A stretch of DNA of 60,550 nucleotides from the NCBI GenBank assembly GCA_031268315.1, contig JAIRXK010000040.1, positions 1 through 60,550 of the forward strand. Reading direction: 5' to 3'. The notes under the pieces are model-generated. The model had not been told where the DNA came from, made no database searches, and saw nothing but the letters and a program-made list of their open reading frames with translations. A program made the translations under genes and the position numbers. Numbering within the stretch: position 1 is the stretch's first letter; the number at the start of each line of letters is the position of its first letter. This document shows positions 1 through 9,914 of the stretch, piece by piece. Source of the DNA: Puniceicoccales bacterium. GTDB taxonomy: Bacteria > Verrucomicrobiota > Verrucomicrobiia > Opitutales > JAIRLM01.

Positions 1-1008
1 GATACAAATACATTTGCTCCAACAAATTATGCACGCGACTATGCGAATGGCTCACTGGCTCAAACGGGTTCAGTTGTGGGGTCACTGGTCCACAATTTTC
101 TCGGAAATCGCCTGGGAAATATCAGAGGCTGCGTCAATGATCCGTTCGTGGCGGTTATCGGACTTCACTTTAACCAGAAGGAAATCAGTGGATTTGGCCA
201 CAATGGGAACATCTATGGCTTGCTGCTTGGCCTCGACTTTGTCCACGAATGTAGCGAAAACTCACACCTGCGCTACGGCCTATCGACCAGCTATTTCCAA
301 TCGAAGTTAACCTTTTTCGGCCAATCTTCGGCCAAGGGAAAAGACAGTAAGCAAATCAATTATCTGGCCACACTTTTTGGATCCTATGAACACTTCAACG
401 GGAGACATTTAAAGCGCTGGTTTGGCGGATCCGTCGGTGGCGGCTACGTGGACACGAAAATGCGCCGCTGCGACCCATTAGATGTTCACTACGCAGCGGA
501 CTTTGCCGGTTTGCAGCTGCATATGAGGGGAGAAGGTGTAGTTAATATCTTCCGAAGGAAAGACATGCAAATGGGTCCTTGGGTTGCCATTTCATTCGAC
601 CTCATTCACCAGCAGGGCTACGAGGAAACGGCCCCACTCGGTGGTCTGCACACCGCATCCATTAGCGCAGTGGATCACAGCTTTCTCAATTCGATCATCG
701 GTTGGAACATGGAGAAAGACCTGACCTGCAGGGACAACGGGAAGTCTTGCGTAGGCATTTCTGGAAAAATTGGCTGGGATTGTCAGGTCCTGCGAAATCA
801 TTCCAATCCCATCGCCAATGTCAATGGCGCCGGCTATAAACCCTATGCGCCGACATTTGGTTACCGCAATCGCAATTCAATGGTAGCAATGTTAAATTAC
901 CGCCATCTCTTTTGCCGCCACTGGGAATTCGTAACCCATTGGCAGGGAAATTTTAACGGCACCTATAAGGCAAACCAGCTGTCCGGCAGCATTGGCTATA
1001 ATTTTTAA
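1..1008 (+). CDS. Autotransporter-type outer-membrane beta-barrel domain (Pmp-like C-terminus), 5'-truncated by the window edge
   Basis: Frame 1 is open from nt 1 into the tracked ORF 76..1008. The sequence has a Gly/aromatic-rich alternating beta-strand pattern and ends ...SGSIGYNF-stop; a C-terminal Phe is typical of OMP barrels. Confidence 0.6.
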   Translation, partial: DTNTFAPTNYARDYANGSLAQTGSVVGSLVHNFLGNRLGNIRGCVNDPFVAVIGLHFNQKEISGFGHNGNIYGLLLGLDFVHECSENSHLRYGLSTSYFQSKLTFFGQSSAKGKDSKQINYLATLFGSYEHFNGRHLKRWFGGSVGGGYVDTKMRRCDPLDVHYAADFAGLQLHMRGEGVVNIFRRKDMQMGPWVAISFDLIHQQGYEETAPLGGLHTASISAVDHSFLNSIIGWNMEKDLTCRDNGKSCVGISGKIGWDCQVLRNHSNPIANVNGAGYKPYAPTFGYRNRNSMVAMLNYRHLFCRHWEFVTHWQGNFNGTYKANQLSGSIGYNF

Positions 1009-1060
1009 AAAACACAAATAAATACTTGACAGCGATACAAATATTATGTAGGCACGTCGT

Positions 1061-2110
1061 GTGGACAACTTAGTTACGAAAAAAAATTTTCCCCCGTTGG
1101 AAACGCATGTTAAAATTTTGAATTCCTGGTTGGAATTTGCTAAAAAAAATGAAATAGTTACACAAGCTAAAACTGTGGAACATGTTGATTTACCTGTTTT
1201 CTACCCTCTATGTAGAGATTTAAGGGGAGCGACTATTACGCTAACATATGTAATAAGAGAAAGAGAATTGTTTATAATGAGCATTAGTGCTATTATTTTT
1301 TGCGAATGTAGGAAAAAAACGGTATTTTTGAAGTTAAAAAAATGTAATGATAATACAAATCATATTAATAAATTAATTGCGATACAAACAATACTCGGGA
1401 AAATATGTCCGCCAAACATTCAATCAAATTGGAATTTCACTATAAATGGCGATGTAAAATTGTTAAAATGTTTAAATGGATTATTGCATGCTGAAAATTT
1501 AACTACATTAAATGAACTTATTAAATATTGCCATTTCTTTTTCCTGGAATTAGTTAAAAACGACTTTTCGCTCGCTGTCACGCAAAATCTGCAAAGAACA
1601 ATAACAGATAATTCAGTTAGCTTCCCATTTATGAATGTCACCTTGCATGGAAAGGAAAGCATCTATCATCAAACTTTCATAAAAAATAATTCTAAAAAAA
1701 TATTTGCAATTAAGATTAATGGTCCAGTGATTTTGAGATGGTTTTTTCGCGAGAAAATTGACGTGGAGCAAATTACAATTTTAAGACTCAAAAATTGCTC
1801 CTCTTTGACGTCCTATGAATTAAATCAATTCCTAGCAAATGCTAAAAATTTAAATAAATTTGCACTTTGCAATGCCGCCAATGTTAATTGGCTTGTATTT
1901 TTGAAATTTATTCCGAAGATATCTATTATTTCTTGCAAAATAATGATGAGCATTACTACAATCGAAGGATGCCGTCGAATAAGAATTATACGTTGTCAAC
2001 AGATACAAAATCTTTCTTTACGTGTCAACGGAAATGGATCGTCACACATGAACAAAATTATAGCAGACAAAGACCTTTTTTATTTTAATATCAAAAAAAA
2101 CAAACAATGA
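1061..2110 (+). CDS. Hypothetical AT-rich protein with Cys-containing LRR-like repeats (eukaryote-like F-box/LRR flavour)
   Basis: 349-aa ORF with a GTG start, visibly more AT-rich than neighbouring genes. The C-terminal half has L-x-x-L-x-L-x-x-C-like periodicity (ITILRLKNCSSLTSYELNQFLANAKNLNKFALCNAANV...IIRCQQIQNLSL). Confidence 0.5.
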   Translation: MDNLVTKKNFPPLETHVKILNSWLEFAKKNEIVTQAKTVEHVDLPVFYPLCRDLRGATITLTYVIRERELFIMSISAIIFCECRKKTVFLKLKKCNDNTNHINKLIAIQTILGKICPPNIQSNWNFTINGDVKLLKCLNGLLHAENLTTLNELIKYCHFFFLELVKNDFSLAVTQNLQRTITDNSVSFPFMNVTLHGKESIYHQTFIKNNSKKIFAIKINGPVILRWFFREKIDVEQITILRLKNCSSLTSYELNQFLANAKNLNKFALCNAANVNWLVFLKFIPKISIISCKIMMSITTIEGCRRIRIIRCQQIQNLSLRVNGNGSSHMNKIIADKDLFYFNIKKNKQ

Positions 2111-2261
2111 AATCGCAGAAAAAGAGCATGCTATGTGTCAACGAAATTAAATTACAGACAATCATTTTAGTACTAGTCATTTATCTAATTAGTGCGAGAT
2201 AGTGATTGGTCTCTTTTTATGTGTAGCTTGCACTGCTTGATTTAATATAAATTCATGCAAA

Positions 2262-2319
2262 GCAGCTGCAATGGCTTTAAAAAATTTAAATGTAATTTTT
2301 AAAATTCCATTGCAGCCGC
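2262..2319. terminator. Imperfect 13-bp inverted repeat between convergent genes (possible bidirectional terminator)
   Basis: gcagctgcaatgg (2262-2274) pairs with ccattgcagccgc (2307-2319) with one mismatch and an AT-rich 32-nt loop. It lies between the stop of 1061..2110 (+) and the stop of 2347..2841 (-). Confidence 0.25.
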
Positions 2320-2346
2320 ACCTATTTAACAGCGGAAATTGCGACC

Positions 2347-2841
2347 TCAAGGATAGCGGTGGCGGCCATTGTGCGGAGTACGTTTTTTTGGTTTCCCGGT
2401 GGATTTGGCGAAGTATTTAGATTTATGCTCTTGGCCTATTTTACCTTTCTTTTCCCTTTTTAGCGGCAACAGTGCACGTAACCACTGGAAGAAGCGACGC
2501 AAAATTCCATTTGATTGCTTTGATGGATCAAATGAATGGTGGGAATCTTTCTTGGTAAACGTAGTCCTCGACCGCGACCTTTTATCAACCACTGCAGTGG
2601 AATATTTAACATTTTTTTGTGCGGCGATGTGATTGGCAACGCAACCGCATGACGTTGTCGATTCCTGGACGACCTCACATGGACCCATCGGAACCTTTTT
2701 ACTATCTATGCTACAGCATTTTACGCATTTGGCCACAATGGGATTGCGCCTTCTTCGGCGATTGGACGCGGACTTCGCCTCAGCGGAGGAAGTGAGTTTT
2801 GAGTGGCCTTTCGAGGAATCCGAATTTGTAAATTCCGGCAT
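2347..2841 (-). CDS. Hypothetical basic, Cys-containing protein
   Basis: This is the longest ORF (164 aa) in an otherwise unassigned ~1 kb gap. It is rich in K/R (RRRRRN, KREKKGK, KPKKR). Competing plus-strand ORFs overlap it, so coding status is uncertain. Confidence 0.3.
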   Translation of the reverse strand: MPEFTNSDSSKGHSKLTSSAEAKSASNRRRRRNPIVAKCVKCCSIDSKKVPMGPCEVVQESTTSCGCVANHIAAQKNVKYSTAVVDKRSRSRTTFTKKDSHHSFDPSKQSNGILRRFFQWLRALLPLKREKKGKIGQEHKSKYFAKSTGKPKKRTPHNGRHRYP

Positions 2842-3087
2842 TATGAATTTCTCCTATGTCTATCTGCTATGAATCACAATTGATTCATATTATATAAATA
2901 CGTCCGTTGCGCAACGGCATGGACAGTTTCGGGAAACAAATTTCCCAGCTTTTCACCAAAAGCCAATGTATATCGATACGGAGTATCGGCGGGAAGGCAA
3001 GTTGTTTTTTCATTTTTGCTAAAATTTCTTCTTTTTAATCGGCAATTTTATATTTGCCATCCGGCGGTGATGTGGTAGCCTTCTGCC

Positions 3088-4386
3088 GTGATTTGGGTGT
3101 ATCGCATACTTTTTTTTCCCATTTTTCTCATTCTCTTTCCGCGATTTTACTGGCGTACGCGGGGAAGGGCGGGGAAAAAAATTTTTAGAGAACGCCTGGG
3201 TTTAGTAAAAATAAAGCCCCCTTTAAATGGGTGCAAGCGTTTGTGGATTCACGCCGTGAGCATCGGAGAAATGCAGTCCATTCAACCGCTCATTCGCCGC
3301 CTTTTTTTAAATCCGCGACTGGATTTGGTCATTAGCACCGTATCTACGACGGGATATCAGGTCGGCAATGAATTGTATAAAAAAATGGCCCAAGTTATCT
3401 ATTTTCCGTTGGATTTTTGCTTTTGCTCCTCCTGCGCATGGAAGCGCATTAATCCAGATCTTACGCTACTCTGTGACAGTGAACTGTGGCCGGAGCACTT
3501 ACATCAAGCTAAAAAGCGCGGAATTGCCGTTTGGCTGGTCAATGGACGTATTTCCGACCGTAGCTTTTCCAAATATGGACGCTTTTTGAAAATTGCTCGA
3601 TGGCTTTGGGGGCACATTTCTCTGATTTTTCCTAGTAGCGTAGAAGCAAGAAAACGCATAGGAAAATTTTTATCTGACCCATCATGCTTGTCCCACGGCG
3701 GAAATTTAAAATGCGAAAGATCTTCCGTTAAACCACTCGAAGGAATCAATCGAAAAATTTGGCTGGATGAATTGGGATTTTGTGAGGAAAAAGATGGCGA
3801 ACTGAAAATTATCCTTGGCTGTTCCACTTGGCCAGGCGAAGAGGAAATGTTGATTGATGCATTTGAAAATTTGCGAAAAAAAAATGCCAATTGGAGGCTG
3901 ATCCTTGTTCCGCGCCATGGCGAAAGAAGAAAGGAAATTGCATTACTCTTGCAAAAAAGAAAAATTCCCTATTCCCTGCGATCCGATGGCGCATTCCGTG
4001 GAAATGACAGCCATGTTGCCGTCGTCGACACCGTTGGTGAACTACGCGAGGTTATTCGCCTGGCCGCAGTCGTATTTCTTGGTAAAACACTACCTCCAAA
4101 CGGCGGCGGGCAGTCGCCGCTGGATGGCATCGCGGCGGGAACGCCAATGGTCGTTGGGCCAAATTACTCCAATTTTCGAGATATGATTACGGAATTAAAT
4201 GTGAGGCATTGCATTCTTGTCGGAAAAGATCGCAAAGATATTTGGGAAAAATTAAAGCAGCTTTGCGAAAATGAGGACATGCGATTGCGGATGTCTCTCG
4301 GCATGCGCACGTGGCTGTCAGAGCATGCCGATATCGGCGAAAAAATTTACGAATGCGTGACAACTCATCTCAAGATTAAGAAATGA
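3088..4386 (+). CDS. waaA: 3-deoxy-D-manno-octulosonic acid (Kdo) transferase
   Basis: N-terminal membrane anchor followed by the KdtA-type motifs WIHAVSIGEMQS, LVPRHGERRKEI and VDTVGELR. Length is 432 aa. Confidence 0.9.
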   Translation: MIWVYRILFFPIFLILFPRFYWRTRGRAGKKIFRERLGLVKIKPPLNGCKRLWIHAVSIGEMQSIQPLIRRLFLNPRLDLVISTVSTTGYQVGNELYKKMAQVIYFPLDFCFCSSCAWKRINPDLTLLCDSELWPEHLHQAKKRGIAVWLVNGRISDRSFSKYGRFLKIARWLWGHISLIFPSSVEARKRIGKFLSDPSCLSHGGNLKCERSSVKPLEGINRKIWLDELGFCEEKDGELKIILGCSTWPGEEEMLIDAFENLRKKNANWRLILVPRHGERRKEIALLLQKRKIPYSLRSDGAFRGNDSHVAVVDTVGELREVIRLAAVVFLGKTLPPNGGGQSPLDGIAAGTPMVVGPNYSNFRDMITELNVRHCILVGKDRKDIWEKLKQLCENEDMRLRMSLGMRTWLSEHADIGEKIYECVTTHLKIKK

Positions 4387-4436
4387 AATGGCTATGCCAT
4401 TCACCTAAAATTTAGGCTCTATGGCATCGATTCTGG

Positions 4437-5450
4437 CTAGCGAGAATCAGAATGTGTTTTTGTATCTGTCAGTAGATAGTTGTGATCAAGCTCATTGAGG
4501 TTAACGGGATCTCGATTTTCATTGCCGCTTTTGCTGTCGCTTTTTTTCTCGTCTACATTCGAAACTCTGGGCTCGCTCGTTTCGAGGATCCGCACCGCAT
4601 AGGAATCCTTTCCTTTTAAAATGAAATTTCCAGTGGATAGATTGCCATCATCCAATTGGGCGTCTAACCTTTCCATATCTGCAAGGGTACGATTGGAATC
4701 ATTGATAATAATTTCGGTTGTCGTGTGGCCATCGTCATGCTGTGTTTGTTGAATATGCCAATTCTTTTCATCTGAAACATTTATGGATAAATCTCTCATT
4801 CCAGCCGATTTGTCCCCCAATTCAGAGATTGCATTTCCATCCCCTTGGTCCGCATATTGCGCTAATGCCTCCTGTATTACCATTATATCCCGTAAAAATC
4901 TCTGATCTTCAAAGCGCTTACTGATGCGCCTGAATTGCCATATTCCAAAAATTGTAGCCACGGTAAGTGCTGAAATAGCGACGTAGAAGAAGAGTTTGCA
5001 TTTCTCAGGTGATGGCTCCTTTTCATTAATTTGATTTCGCTCTTCTTTGTGTACTTCCTTGGCGACCGCTGATTTGGGCTGTTCCTGATTTTTTTCGGAA
5101 TTGGGTCCAGGCGCAGCCGCATCAACCGCCTGAGGTACGATTTGCGGCGCAGTCTCTGCCGTTTGAGGAGCAGCAGCCTCTTGAACAACTGGAGCAGCAG
5201 CCTCTTCCGGTACAGCCGCACCTTTTTCTATCTCTTCCGCTGCCCCTTCGGGGGCATTTTCTGCAACCTGTGCGGCTTCTTCGCCGACGGCATTGTTAGC
5301 CGGCTCTACCTCTTCGGCACTATCTTCGTCATCGGAGGATTCTTCATCACTTTCATCCTCCGTTTCCTCCAATTCACTATCTTCGTCTACCTTGGAAGAA
5401 TTCTCATCCTCAGCACCATTGCCCTCTTGCTTAGTCTTATCATCACTCAT
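4437..5450 (-). CDS. Hypothetical single-pass membrane protein with an extremely acidic, low-complexity N-terminus
   Basis: 337-aa ORF. It has a D/E/S-rich N-terminus (EDENSSKVDEDSELEETEDESDEESSDDEDSAEE), an A/P/Q-rich repeat region, one TM segment (LFFYVAISALTVATIFGIWQF) and a ~160-aa C-terminal domain. Confidence 0.55.
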   Translation of the reverse strand: MSDDKTKQEGNGAEDENSSKVDEDSELEETEDESDEESSDDEDSAEEVEPANNAVGEEAAQVAENAPEGAAEEIEKGAAVPEEAAAPVVQEAAAPQTAETAPQIVPQAVDAAAPGPNSEKNQEQPKSAVAKEVHKEERNQINEKEPSPEKCKLFFYVAISALTVATIFGIWQFRRISKRFEDQRFLRDIMVIQEALAQYADQGDGNAISELGDKSAGMRDLSINVSDEKNWHIQQTQHDDGHTTTEIIINDSNRTLADMERLDAQLDDGNLSTGNFILKGKDSYAVRILETSEPRVSNVDEKKSDSKSGNENRDPVNLNELDHNYLLTDTKTHSDSR

Positions 5451-5538
5451 AGCAACCGGAGTATGATGGACGATATGCGGGTATGCAAGTGTGAATTTTT
5501 AGAAATTCTTTTACAAAAAGTATTGCGGCCAAATTGAC

Positions 5539-7350
5539 TTAACGCGGAGGGAAACTACCAGGATTAATGCTCCAAAGTTGGCAGGAGATTGCATCAATTC
5601 TATGAATTTTATCAAGGTGGCGATGGGATTGATTTTTATAAAATTTACGTCCGTCGCAGATTAATTGCGCCCCTTGCCATGGCAATGAGGTCAAATCAAA
5701 GGAAACGGTACGAAAATCAGGGTTGATGAAAAAGAGGAGTTTTTTGTCACCTTTTGACTCATCGGCATTGTAGAGAACACCAAGCGCACTTTGGGACGGT
5801 GCTCCGTAGAAAAATTGAAAAAATGATGGTGCGGGGACGGTGCTGTGGCGAAATAGTTGACCATCTGCAGAGAGACGAAGCTCAATCCATTGCGCAACAT
5901 AGTGATGCAGTGAAAAAAATTCCTCCCATCTTTCGAGGGAAAGACGGTTTCTTTCCCCATCCCTATAGGTGTTACTTACTCCTCCCTTTGACCGGAGAAA
6001 ATCTTGACCTTCGGCGATCATCGGTACTCCGAGGCAGGCAAAAAGAATTGCAAACATAAGATGGGTACGTTGGAGATCATTTGGATGCGGATAGCGGCCG
6101 TCATTTTCCTGAGATTCAGTGATATTGTCAATCCACACGCGATCGTCGTGTGATTCGGTATAATTGATACTCTGTGCCGGTACACGTGCAAGGTGTGATG
6201 TGCATCCGCAAAGAAAATATTTCAATCCATCGCAATTGCCATTTCCCATGACATAGCGACGAATGGATTCGCGGAAATCATCATTCCAATAGCTCCAAGA
6301 TGTTTCCTTGAGAGCAAGTGCGTTGTGGCCGCGAAAACTCCAGGGTTCGGCAATTAAAATGATGCCTGGCTTAATTCGACGCAATTCCAATTCGATAGCT
6401 CTGAGTGTTTTTTGGTCAATTAATTCGGCCAAATCGAAGCGAAATCCGTCAATGTCATAGGTGGTAACGAGGTATTTTAAGCTATCCAAAATGAGTCGCT
6501 GTCCCATCGGGGATTCACTTGCAAAATCATTTCCACATCCGCTTGCATTGGAAAGGTTTCCACCGTTGATGCGGAAAAAATAATTGCCTCCAAGCATGCG
6601 CAGGTGATTGGGCTCTCCAACGTGGTTGTAAACAACGTCTAAAATAAAATCCAGGCCTTTTTCGTGGCATGTGTGCACCACTTCGGCAAATTGTTCAATT
6701 TGCGATGCTTTGTGCTTGTTAGTTGCATAGGTTCGTGTTGGCGCAAAATAATTAACCGTCATATAGCCCCAATGGTAATTGCCGTCATCAATGCTATCAA
6801 ACTCTTGCAAGGGCTGCAGCTCCAGCGCGGTAATTCCCAGCGAGGATAGATAGCAGCTGGGCGACTTGAGCCATTGGCAAAATGCAACATAGTTGGGAAA
6901 TTTGATCCCTTCATCCTGCAATGCAAGGAGATCGCGGAGATGACCCTCTAGAATAATTGAATCTTCCATCGGTCGCGGTTGGTGGAGTTGGTCAACCAAC
7001 GGCAGCGTTTTTCTATCAATGGCAATTCCTGGACCACGGGCTGAAATTGCTGCCACGGCATAGGGATCAAGGAGATGCTGAAAATCATCAATGGGAATGG
7101 AAAATGTTTCCTTTGGCGCAATGGCAATGGCATAAAATTGGCCATGCAAGTTTTGCTCACTGTTCGCTTCCCATAGGCCAGGAAAAATTTCGCGACCATC
7201 TAGGACCGATTCCAAATTCAGCGAATTTCCATATCGAATTTGCAACGAATTTGCATTGGGTGCAAAAATACGGAAGACGGTGCCCCCATCCCCTGGAAAT
7301 GCGCCCAATGCAATGTCATAAAAAAGATTTTCTGCCCCTGTTCCATCCAT
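5539..7350 (-). CDS. glgX: GH13 glycogen debranching enzyme (GlgX/pullulanase-type)
   Basis: All four GH13 conserved regions are readable: DVVYNHVGE, GFRFDLAELI, IAEPWS and NYTESHDD. Length is 603 aa. Confidence 0.85.
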   Translation of the reverse strand: MDGTGAENLFYDIALGAFPGDGGTVFRIFAPNANSLQIRYGNSLNLESVLDGREIFPGLWEANSEQNLHGQFYAIAIAPKETFSIPIDDFQHLLDPYAVAAISARGPGIAIDRKTLPLVDQLHQPRPMEDSIILEGHLRDLLALQDEGIKFPNYVAFCQWLKSPSCYLSSLGITALELQPLQEFDSIDDGNYHWGYMTVNYFAPTRTYATNKHKASQIEQFAEVVHTCHEKGLDFILDVVYNHVGEPNHLRMLGGNYFFRINGGNLSNASGCGNDFASESPMGQRLILDSLKYLVTTYDIDGFRFDLAELIDQKTLRAIELELRRIKPGIILIAEPWSFRGHNALALKETSWSYWNDDFRESIRRYVMGNGNCDGLKYFLCGCTSHLARVPAQSINYTESHDDRVWIDNITESQENDGRYPHPNDLQRTHLMFAILFACLGVPMIAEGQDFLRSKGGVSNTYRDGERNRLSLERWEEFFSLHHYVAQWIELRLSADGQLFRHSTVPAPSFFQFFYGAPSQSALGVLYNADESKGDKKLLFFINPDFRTVSFDLTSLPWQGAQLICDGRKFYKNQSHRHLDKIHRIDAISCQLWSINPGSFPPR

Positions 7351-7352
7351 CC

Positions 7353-9128
7353 TTAGCCATGATGGGCCAAATGAAGCCGTTTGTAAAGTCCCTCCTGAGA
7401 AGAAAGTTTTTCATGCGTTCCCCTTTGAATGACGCATCCCGCGTGGAGGACAATAATTTCGTCCATCATGGGCAGAAGATTAAATCGATGGGATATGAGA
7501 ATTACCGTACGATTGTGAAAAAGTAATTTCATGGATTCATAGAGTTGCGCTTCGTGGCAGTTATCTAGTGCGCTGGTAACCTCATCGAGGATGAGGATAG
7601 GAGCGTTGCGAAGAAATGCACGGGCTATGGCCACACGCTGCCGCTGTCCTCCCGAAAGGAGAAGTCCATTTTCTCCAATGATTGTGTAAATTCCATGTGG
7701 TAACTGCTCCACAAAATCGTCAATGCGGGCACACTGAATGGCCCTTTCGACTTCCTTTTTCGTAGCATTGCGTTTGCCGCACAGTACATTCTCATAGATG
7801 CTTCCATTGATGAGAGTTGTGCTTTGTGAAACAAAGGCGATATTTTTTCGCAAATTGTCCGTACTTACGCGCGCTATGTCCACGTCATCGATGTAAATCG
7901 CACCCTCCTCAAGTTCATAAAAGCGCAGAAGGAGATTTGCAAGCGTAGATTTACCAGCGCCGCTTGGTCCAACGATGGCGTAGCCTTTTCCTGCCTCTAA
8001 GGAGATTGAAAATTGCCGAAACAGCGGACGATCCGGCTCGTAAGCAAATGTAATTCCGTCAAAAATGATGTCGCCACGTACGTGGTCTAGGCGGATGGGT
8101 TTTTCTGGCATTGCCGGAATTTCTTCATTGGAAAGTAGAGATTCTATGCGGGACAGAGCAGAAAATGAACATTGCAAATTTCCATAGAGACGTCCAATAT
8201 TCTTCACGGGATCATAGACCAAAAAAAGAGCAGTCCCAATGGCTAAGAAGGTATCCCCTGGGATGTGGAGATAGTAGCCATAGCACATGGAAATTCCAAT
8301 GCCAACTGCTGCCCACAGTTCGATGCTAGGCACGATGGAGTAATAAGATTTACAGGCGGAAATGTAGGTTTTGGAATAATCATTATTAGCACGGCGATAA
8401 TTGTTGACCTCATGATTTTCTATTCCAAAGGCACGTACTTCTTGCACGGTGCTGAGATTAGTGGTTAACCGAGATGTTAATTGGGCAATTTTTTCCTGGG
8501 CCTGTAAATTGCGAACCCACACCTGCCGGCCGAAAATGATGATCGGAATGGCGCTTAATCCTACCAAAATTAATATGATGAGCATCATCCATCCGTTAGT
8601 CTCCTGAAGGCATAGAAAAACAACAGCGCACATGCCGCTTATCAGTGTAATGGGTCGCTGCAAAATTTCATGGGCAATGCTCACAAAGCAGGACTGGATA
8701 ATATTTACATCGTTGGCAGCTCTTGAGATAACGTCGCCAGATGAGGTCCGATGGAAGAATGAAAGAGGCAACCGGTGAATTTTCTGAAAGATTTTTAATC
8801 GAATAGATTTAAGGATTTCCTGGCCAATAACCGTCAAAAGATAGGTGTTTAAAAACCCGGAGATGGTCCGGATGGAAATTAAAAGAAAGGGCAATACGCA
8901 GTAATAAAAAAGCAAGCATGGAACAATGCGATCTCCCATGAAAACTTCATTAGCAAGGTACTTAAGGAGCATGGGAATTCCGAATCCGCTGGAAATGCCC
9001 GTCAGTAGGCCCGTCAGTAGTGCCCACAATATTTGCCAGCGGCAAAATTTCAGCCCATCGAGATACTTTAGCATGCTACCATAGCGATGGCATTTTCGGT
9101 GATACTGTTCCGTTTTCATTTTTACCAT
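7353..9128 (-). CDS. ABC transporter, fused permease/ATPase (MsbA-like lipid exporter family)
   Basis: A six-TM-type N-terminal half is followed by Walker A GPSGAGKST, the ABC signature LSGGQRQRVAIARA and Walker B ILILDEVTSALD. Only 2 nt separate it from the downstream debranching-enzyme gene. Confidence 0.9.
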   Translation of the reverse strand: MVKMKTEQYHRKCHRYGSMLKYLDGLKFCRWQILWALLTGLLTGISSGFGIPMLLKYLANEVFMGDRIVPCLLFYYCVLPFLLISIRTISGFLNTYLLTVIGQEILKSIRLKIFQKIHRLPLSFFHRTSSGDVISRAANDVNIIQSCFVSIAHEILQRPITLISGMCAVVFLCLQETNGWMMLIILILVGLSAIPIIIFGRQVWVRNLQAQEKIAQLTSRLTTNLSTVQEVRAFGIENHEVNNYRRANNDYSKTYISACKSYYSIVPSIELWAAVGIGISMCYGYYLHIPGDTFLAIGTALFLVYDPVKNIGRLYGNLQCSFSALSRIESLLSNEEIPAMPEKPIRLDHVRGDIIFDGITFAYEPDRPLFRQFSISLEAGKGYAIVGPSGAGKSTLANLLLRFYELEEGAIYIDDVDIARVSTDNLRKNIAFVSQSTTLINGSIYENVLCGKRNATKKEVERAIQCARIDDFVEQLPHGIYTIIGENGLLLSGGQRQRVAIARAFLRNAPILILDEVTSALDNCHEAQLYESMKLLFHNRTVILISHRFNLLPMMDEIIVLHAGCVIQRGTHEKLSSQEGLYKRLHLAHHG

Positions 9129-9472
9129 TTCGCAAATTCAACCGCAAATGTGCCCCACTAAGCAAAAGACCGCCTCGAATACAAACCAAATATATTCCAT
9201 AATTTTCGACGAAAGGCGACCATGAAAAACTTTTTGTAAAAAAAATAAAATTTTCAAAGGCTTCTTTTGTGAAGAATTGCCTATTTTTTCCCGCTGATAT
9301 GCGGTGAAGAAATTACGTAATTACTTGGCATTCAGAGTGTTGCAAAAATTTTCCCCACTAAATTTTCAGGGTATTTAGCCAATTTATGGCCGCCAATTTA
9401 TATTTGCGATCATCTGAGAAATTTTCTTGTAATTCCGCTTTTTTGCTTATACCGTACCCTATCTTTATCCAT

Positions 9473-9913
9473 ATGCAAGAATCGGAGGCAATTTCTATTG
9501 TAGCGGCAGAGTTGGGTGTCTTTCGTTGGGAATCCGACGAAAATGGGCGCTATGGCGCAACGCTGATGGACGGGTCGCAAATTCGTTTACATACACAAGG
9601 TGGGACGCAACTCTTACTCGAGGGAGAGCTTCTCGCAGAAGTAACTCCTATTTTTTCAAAGGTTGATACGTGCCTAGCTCTGTTGAAAATGAATTTCGCT
9701 CGCTCCATTGTCGACGGAGGTATACTGATGTATGTCCCTGAATATGATGAAATTGCTCTGACACAAATTATTGCCACTGAAAATTGTAATGAAGATTCGC
9801 TTGCGAATGAGGTGGAAAAGTTTTTACTTGCGGTGGATCAAAATCGTAAAACAATCCAGAGTATTATCCGGACATCGGGATCAATGCCGTTTACACCATA
9901 CGGAAGCAAATAA
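9473..9913 (+). CDS. Type III secretion class-I chaperone-like protein (CesT/SycE-like)
   Basis: Small acidic protein from the internal ATG at 9473 (tracked ORF starts at 9386). The N-terminal pattern AAELGVFRWESDENGRYGATLMDGSQIRLHTQGGTQLLLEGELL is typical of the CesT family. Its TAA stop (9911-9913) lies 1 nt before the secretin ATG. Confidence 0.6.
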   Translation: MQESEAISIVAAELGVFRWESDENGRYGATLMDGSQIRLHTQGGTQLLLEGELLAEVTPIFSKVDTCLALLKMNFARSIVDGGILMYVPEYDEIALTQIIATENCNEDSLANEVEKFLLAVDQNRKTIQSIIRTSGSMPFTPYGSK

Positions 9914-9914
9914 A

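Noticed and set aside
9771-9914. 48-codon N-terminal extension of the secretin ORF
   Set aside because: It overlaps the 3' end of the chaperone-like gene in another frame and lacks signal-peptide character. The ATG at 9915 is followed immediately by a signal-peptide-like sequence.
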